64,000 bases of DNA, taken from contig OZ251244.1 in assembly GCA_965240325.2 (NCBI GenBank), positions 186,001 to 250,000 of the forward strand. Direction: 5' to 3'. The notes beneath the pieces are model-generated. The model had not been told where the DNA came from and made no database searches. It saw nothing but the letters and a program-made list of their open reading frames with translations. The position numbers were made by a program, and so were the translations under genes. The stretch's first letter is position 1. Every line of letters starts with the position of its first letter. The DNA is from Rebecca billardiae RCC1528. Taxonomy: Eukaryota > Protista > Haptophyta. This document shows, in pieces, positions 57,905 through 64,000 of this stretch.

Positions 57905-60900
57905 TCACGGCATCCACGGCGGCACGCCGCTCCGGCCGATCGCCGCCGTGCGCGAGCCGCGCCGCCCCTCCTGCTGCTGCGCGGCCGACGCCGGCGCGGG
58001 CGTGGCCGGGGCATCGATCGCGACAACGTGCGGGCCGTCCGCCGGTGCCGCGGCCGGCGCGGAGCCGAAGAGGAGCACCACCGGCGCCAGCGCCGCATTC
58101 AGCGCCGAGCGCCAGTCGGCGCCCGCCGCCGCGTCGTCGCCCGCCGCAGACCCCTCCTCCGAGGGCACGGCGGGCGTGCCCACGGCGAGCGTAGGCCCAC
58201 GGAGCGCCTTGTCGCGCGCGCGCTGCCGGCGCACGCGCCACGCGAGCACGCCGCCGACGCAGCACAGCGCGGCGGCGACTCCGGCGATGGCGCCAACCCA
58301 CTCGACGGACAAGCCGGGGAGAAGCTCGCCGTCCACGCTGGCGGCCTGTGCGCTCGGGTCGATGCCTGGGCCGTTGCCCTTGCCGCCGCCCTTGCCACCG
58401 CCCTTGCCACCACCCTTGCCACCGCCCTTGCCATTACCGTTGTTGCCCCTCGGCGGCGGGCTCGGCGACGGCGGGGGCGACGGGCTTGGCGACGGCGAGG
58501 GCGGCGGGCTCGGTGACGGCGAGGGCGACGGGCTCGGCGACGGCGACGGCGGCGGACTCGGCGAGGGCGACGGCGGCGGGCTCGGCGAGGGCGACGGCGG
58601 CGGATTCGGCGACGGCGACGGCGGCGGGCTCGGCGACGGCGACGGCGGCGGGCTCGGCGACGGGGAAGGCGGCGGGCTCGGCGACGGCGAGGGCGGCGGG
58701 CTTGGCGAGGGCGACGGCGGCGGGCTCGGCGACGGCGAGGGCGGCGGGCTTGGCGAGGGCGACGGCGGCGGGCTCGGCGAGGGCGACGGCGGCGGGCTCG
58801 GCGACGGCGAGGGCGACGGCGGCGGGCTCGGCGACGGCGACGGCGGCGGGCTCGGCGACGGCGGGCTCGGCGAGGGCGAGGGCGACGGTGACGGCGCCGG
58901 ACTCGGCGACGGCGACGGGCTTGGCGACGGCGACGGCGGCGGGCTCGGCGACGGCGACGGCGGCGGGCTCGGCGACGGCGACGGCGGCGGGCTCGGCGAG
59001 GGCGACGGCGGCGGGCTCGGCGACGGCGACGGCGGCGGACTCGGCGAGGGCGACGGCGGCGGGCTCGGCGACGGCGACGGCGGCGGGCTCGGCGACGGCG
59101 ACGGCGACGGGCTCGGCGACGGCGAGGGCGGCGGGCTCGGCGACGGCGACGGCGGCGGGCTCGGCGACGGCGACGGCGGCGGGCTCGGCGACGGCGACGG
59201 CGGCGGGCTCGGCGACGGCGACGGCGGCGGGCTCGGCGACGGCGACGGCGGCGGGCTTGGCGAGGGCGACGGCGGCGGGCTCGGCGACGGCGACGGCGGC
59301 GGGCTCGGCGACGGCGACGGCGGCGGGCTCGGCGAGGGCGAAGGCGACGGGCTCGGAGATGGCGCCGGCGGCGAGGGCGGCGCCAGCGGCGGCTCACAGC
59401 CGGTCATGCTCAGCGTGTAGTCACCCTCGCTGCTCGAGTACCCCTCGACCATCACGACGTAGCCAGAGTTGAACGGCACGTCGAGCGTGATCAGCGAGGT
59501 GAGCCCGCAGCTCCCGTCGTCGTTGTCCGCGACCTGCCCGCCGCCCGCCTGCGGGCAGCCGTCGTACACGCGGAGGTACGTGTCGTAGTTGGAACCGCAC
59601 GTGTCGAAGGTGAGCGCGGCGCCGTGGCCGTCGATCGAGTAGTAGTGCTCGCCCGACGGGTTGCCCGCGTCGGAGGGCGCGCCGACGGTCGAGCCGGTGA
59701 CGGGGGTGCCGCACACGATGGCGCCGGTCAGGCACACCTGGTTGAGCGGCGGGCTTGGCGGCGCCGGCGGCGAGGGCGGCGCCGAGGGCGGCGGCGGGCT
59801 CGGCGAGGGCGATGGCGGCGGGCTCGGCGGCGGCGGGGGCGACGGCGGCGGGCTCGGCGCCGCGGGCGGCGCCGGCGGCGAGGGCGGCGCCGGCGGCGGC
59901 TCGCAGCCGGTCATGCTCATCGTGTAGTCACCCTCGCTGCTCGAGAACCCCTCGACCATCACGACGTAGCCAGAGTCGAACGGCACGTTGAGCGTGATCA
60001 GCGAGGTGAGCCCGCAGCTCCCGTCGTCGTTGTCCGCGAGCTCCACGCCGCCCGCCTGCGGGCAGTCGGTGTACACGCGGAGGTACGTGTCGTAGTTGGA
60101 ACCGCACGTGTCGAAGGTGAGCGCGGCGCCGTGGCCGTCGATCGAGTAGTAGTGCTCGCCCGACGGGTTGCCCGCGTCGGAGGGCGCGCCGACGGTCGAG
60201 CCGGTGACGGGGGTGCCGCACACGATGGCGCCGGTCAGGCACACCGGGCTGGGCGGCGGGCTGGGCGGCGCGGGCGGCGCGGGCGGCGAGGGCGGCGGCG
60301 AGGGCGGCGGCGGCGGCGAGGGCGGCACGGGCGGCGGGCTGGGCGGCGCAATCTGGTACGCCTGGAGCAGGAGCGCGGGCGGCGCCGGCGCGCCGGTGAT
60401 CACGCCGGGCACCGCCGCCGCGAGGAGCTCCGCCAGGATCGCGTCGGGCGTCGGCGCCGTCGTGCCGCCCAGCGCCTGCAGGTGCTGCGCCACCACGCCG
60501 GCCACGTGCGGGCACGCCATCGAGGTGCCAGAGATCGTGTTGGTCGCGTCAGGCCCGCCGATCCACGCGGAGAGGATGGAGGAGCCGGGCGCGTAGATGT
60601 CGACGCACGTGCCGTAGTTGGAGAAGGAGGACATCGCGTCGGTCGACGTCGTCGAGCCCACCGTGATCGCCTCCGGCGCCGACGCGGGGCTCTTGCTGCA
60701 CGCGTCGCCACTGTCGTTGCCGGCCGCGACGACGGTCGTCACGCCCGCGTTGTACAGGCCGGTGACCGCGTCGTTGACGGCCTGCGAGAAGGGGCCGCCG
60801 AGGGACATCGAGGCGACGCGGAGCGGGTTCTGCGTCTGCGCCGCCACCCAGTCCATCCCCGCGATCACGTCGGCGTACGAGCCCGAGCCCGAGCAGCCGA

Positions 60901-61653
60901 GCACGCGCACGCCGTGCAGCGTCGCCCCCTTCGAGACGCCGTAGAGCGTGCCGAGCGCGCTGCCGGCGCAGTGCGTGCCGTGGCCTGCGCGAGCGGGGCG
61001 CGGCGAGCGGCGAAGAGGGGCGGGGGCATGCGGCGTGAGCGCTGCGCGCTGCTGCAGACGAGCGCGCGCGGCGCGCGGTCGGCCTGGGCGCAGCGCACGG
61101 CCGCGCGCGCACCGTCGCAGTCCTCGGGGTCGGAGTCGTCGTCCACGTAGTCGATGCCGTCGCCGAGGCGGCCGCTCCACTCGTTGTGCGCGCTGTTGAT
61201 CCCCGTGTCGATGATGTACACGTGCGCGCCCGAGCCGTCGGCGGGCACGTCGAAGACGCCGTCGAGCGGCAGGTTGGGCTGGTCGATGCGGTCGAGGCCC
61301 CACGGCGGCGGCGTCTGGAGCGCGTACGCGATCTGGTCCTTCTCGACCGTGGCGCCCTCCGCCTCGAGCTGCGCCTTGGCCTCGTCGGTGAGCGTGCCCA
61401 CGAACCCGTCGAGCACGGCGGTGAACTCGCGAGCCACGTTCGCCGAGCCGGCGGGGAGGTTGGCCAGCACCTCGCGTGCGCGCTCCGAGCGCCGCCCGGG
61501 GCCCTTGCCGGGTGAGCCAGGTGGGGCCGTCGGCGCGCCAAAGGACACGATGTACCGCGGGGAGCCGCTGTCGTCTCCGGCAAGCGCGCCGCACGCCGCG
61601 AGCAAGAGCAGCGAGGCCACGAGAGCGGGGTGGCGAGGCGTCGTGCGCGGCAT
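57905..61653 (-). CDS. Membrane-anchored subtilisin (S8A, proteinase K-like) with I9 prodomain, 2 PPC-like domains, Ser-Pro stalk and TM helix
   Basis: Signal peptide [17 protein letters not shown]. Prodomain [21 protein letters not shown]. Catalytic triad IIDTG / G|HGTH (intron 60985-61112) / [13 protein letters not shown] helix [21 protein letters not shown] followed by RVRR. Confidence 0.92.
58450..59385 (-). repeat. Extensin-like coding minisatellite (SPSPSPPP)n, ~24-bp unit
   Basis: About 0.9 kb of ggcgacggcgacggcggcgggctc-type units. Confidence 0.95.
59396..60244 (-). repeat. Near-identical 342-bp internal duplication (PPC-like domain x2)
   Basis: 59396-59737 versus 59903-60244 differ at only a few positions. 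Confidence 0.95.
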
Positions 61654-61839
61654 GCCGTTCGTGGAGTTCGCGCGCCCTCGACCGACCGGCGACGACGGCT
61701 GCGCAGCTCGTTGAACGGAACTCGCCTCTCGATCGCGTGTCGCGCGCGCGTCTCGAGACCAGCCGGCTACCGTTCATTATTTAAAAGGGGGGGGGCGGCC
61801 GGCCAACGAGTTTTCCTTCCGGCCGGCCGGCCCCGGCCA

Positions 61840-61920
61840 GCCAATCACGGACTCAGACCTTCATCCACTGCTATCAATCAGATAATATTGAGACAATCAC
61901 GAGCAGGCCGCGCCAATCAC
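61840..61920. promoter_or_regulatory. Paired CCAAT boxes upstream of the subtilase
   Basis: GCCAATCAC at 61840 and 61912, with an AT-rich TATA-like tract at ~61776-61786. Confidence 0.45.
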
Positions 61921-62925
61921 CGAACGATTCAAACTCTCAGACCGACATCAACAACCAACTTTTGAGTGCTTGAATTGTTGTACTCATATGGTTAGCCCTG
62001 AATATGAGCTTGATCATTCATTAATGATAAGTTCTGGCCTCCATCTGGTTAGCCTCTGATATCACGGTATTCTACGCTCAGCGTCGATGAATACACGCAT
62101 ATGCTGCTGTATTTTGAGCTCACATATTCGTCACAGTTGGTCCATTTTGAGCGCTATGATCGGCCTGAATATAGCGGCTCAGCTTTTGATATGGTCCTTG
62201 GCTATCATACCAATTACTGCCAGCGACCAGCTCGACCAGCTTGGATGCCTTGGAAGCCTCACGTCAGGCGTGCACTGTGCAGCCTGTAGGAAGCCTCGCC
62301 GCGGCAGGCAACACGATGTTGGGCGATGCAAGCTCCTCGAGCACACGCTGGAGCGTAGTGGAGAGCCCGTCTTGGGCACACGCAACGCGTGCGATGCTGC
62401 ATGCGCATGAGCACGCGCGCACAAGCTGCTAGGCTAATGGTCCTCAAGCTGCCGCACAGCGGTCCCGTCGCGGAGACATCATCGTCACAGAGCGGTCGGA
62501 CTACGACTGAAGGCGCCTACAGTCACAGGCTGACACTTACTCTTCTAGGACGATGGATCGCGTGCTGACTAGTCACGCGAGACGCCGGACACCCGCCGCA
62601 GGCCATACGCCAGCCCGCGGCGCAGGCCCATTCCGCGATCGCGACCGTTCCGCGGGACCACAGGCACAAGCCGACAGCGCGGATGAGTGAATGACCGGCC
62701 CGCCGCCGTCGAGTTGATCATACAGTACTAAAGTATGTCCGATATTCCGAAATCCGATAATAATCTGAATCGTGAGCCGCGCGCCGCTAGTCTGCCACCG
62801 CTACCAGCGCCCTGGCTGACGAGTTGTGTGTACCGTACGAGGCATCGGAAGCGCGGCATCGCACGTCGAATCAGCATCAGCAGGCTCACGGCCAGCCGTG
62901 CGTGCCAGCCCGCGGCGCGCGCTTA

Positions 62926-64000
62926 TTATGATGGCGGCTCGGGATGCGGCTCGTCGGCGGGCACCGGCATCATTGGCGCGTCGCGCGGCGCAGACGATGC
63001 GGGCGCACGAGGCGTTCGCGTCGGCGGCCCATGGGACCGCGCGTCGTCGCCGCCACCGGGTGCTGCCGCGCGCGTCGGTGCGGTGATGGGCATTCCGCCT
63101 CCGCCAGCCTGGGCTGCTGCCGCGGGCTCGTCGTCGGCATCGCCGCCGACCGCGGCGTGCGGCGCGGCGCGCGGCGCGGGCTCGTCGGGCGCACCCGCCT
63201 CGGGCTGCTTGCTGTCGAGCGCGCGCGGCATGCACAGCGTGAGCGCCGCGGTGAGCGCGCAGCACAGCGCGACCACGACAAAGACGGCAAAGCGAGACAC
63301 GCCGCACCCGGCCGGCGCGCGCGCGCTCCCGCCGCCGTGCGCGAGCGTGTCGGCTGCGGCCGCGCGCGCGGCCGCGGCGGCGGCGCCGCCGCCGCTGCTC
63401 ACCGCCACCGCGTCCGGGTCGTCCCCGCCGCCCGCCAGCGCGGCCTCCACCGCCTCCTCGGCCGCCTCCGCGCGCACGGCCCCGCTGATGGACCACGCAA
63501 ACAGCGGCGCGCCCGCGGCCGGACCCGCCGCCTTGGCGAGGGCGGAGACGACGGTGGCGACGCCGTTGGCGGTGCCGCGCTTGGGCGCGGGCACGGAGTT
63601 GTTGATGAGCAGGAACATCACCGTGAAGCCCGACGTGGCGACGAAGGACTTGACGTTGAGCGCGAGCACGAGACACAGCCACAGGAGCGGGGGGACCGCC
63701 GCTGGGCCGGGCGGCGGCGCGGCCGACGGCAGCAGTGCCTGCGTCGCAGGGATGGCAAGGGCGGCGACAACGCCGGCCAGCGCGACCACGCGCAGCGTGA
63801 CGCGCGCCCCGAGCGCCCTTGTCAGCGCCGGGAACACCGCGAGCTGGAACAGCACGAGCGGCGGCCCCGTGAGCGCGGCCGCGCTGCCGATCTGCGCCGC
63901 GCTAAAGTCGAGGCAGCCGAGCGCGTACAGCGCGTAGGTTTCGTCAAGCATCAGCTGGGCGAGGGACCACACGCCGTACGGCGTGAGGACGACGAGGAAC
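62926..64000 (-). CDS. MFS transporter, ZIFL1-like; C-terminal half, 5' end beyond window
   Basis: Multiple TM helices and FTVMFLLINNSVPAPKRGTANGVATVVSALAKAAGPAAGAPLFAWS. Confidence 0.85.
   Translation of the reverse strand, partial: FLVVLTPYGVWSLAQLMLDETYALYALGCLDFSAAQIGSAAALTGPPLVLFQLAVFPALTRALGARVTLRVVALAGVVAALAIPATQALLPSAAPPPGPAAVPPLLWLCLVLALNVKSFVATSGFTVMFLLINNSVPAPKRGTANGVATVVSALAKAAGPAAGAPLFAWSISGAVRAEAAEEAVEAALAGGGDDPDAVAVSSGGGAAAAAARAAAADTLAHGGGSARAPAGCGVSRFAVFVVVALCCALTAALTLCMPRALDSKQPEAGAPDEPAPRAAPHAAVGGDADDEPAAAAQAGGGGMPITAPTRAAAPGGGDDARSHGPPTRTPRAPASSAPRDAPMMPVPADEPHPEPPS

Noticed and set aside
1-64000. tRNA, rRNA or intact transposase/reverse transcriptase genes
   Set aside because: None recognisable by eye. 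A covariance-model or HMM scan would be needed to exclude them formally.

Overview
Eukaryotic genomic DNA, very GC-rich, with short spliceosomal introns (GT-AG and several GC-AG). A bipartite plastid-targeting leader, TTAGGG repeats and GC donors suggest a secondary-plastid alga, probably a haptophyte such as Pavlovales; this is inference. About 15 protein genes can be reconstructed by hand-splicing: kinesin-8 (running off the left edge), BTB-ankyrin-FYVE (ANKFY1-like), a Pro-rich ankyrin protein, a polysaccharide pyruvyl transferase, a plastid-targeted protein, a GT61 glycosyltransferase, a CPW-type ankyrin protein, an inositol polyphosphate kinase, a tandem cNMP-domain protein, an isochorismatase, ALDH12/P5CDH, a bZIP factor, an RBM5/10-like splicing factor, a membrane-anchored subtilase and a ZIFL-like MFS transporter (running off the right edge). 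Most long ORFs in the supplied track are GC-driven shadows. The most notable non-genic structures are a 1.73-kb element with perfect 16-bp TIRs and a 4-bp TSD, two diverged copies of a ~1.4-1.5-kb element with asymmetric inverted repeats (Helitron2-like), several long hairpins in AT-richer islands, and an intron built from telomere-like hexamers. No complete novel system can be proven from sequence alone.
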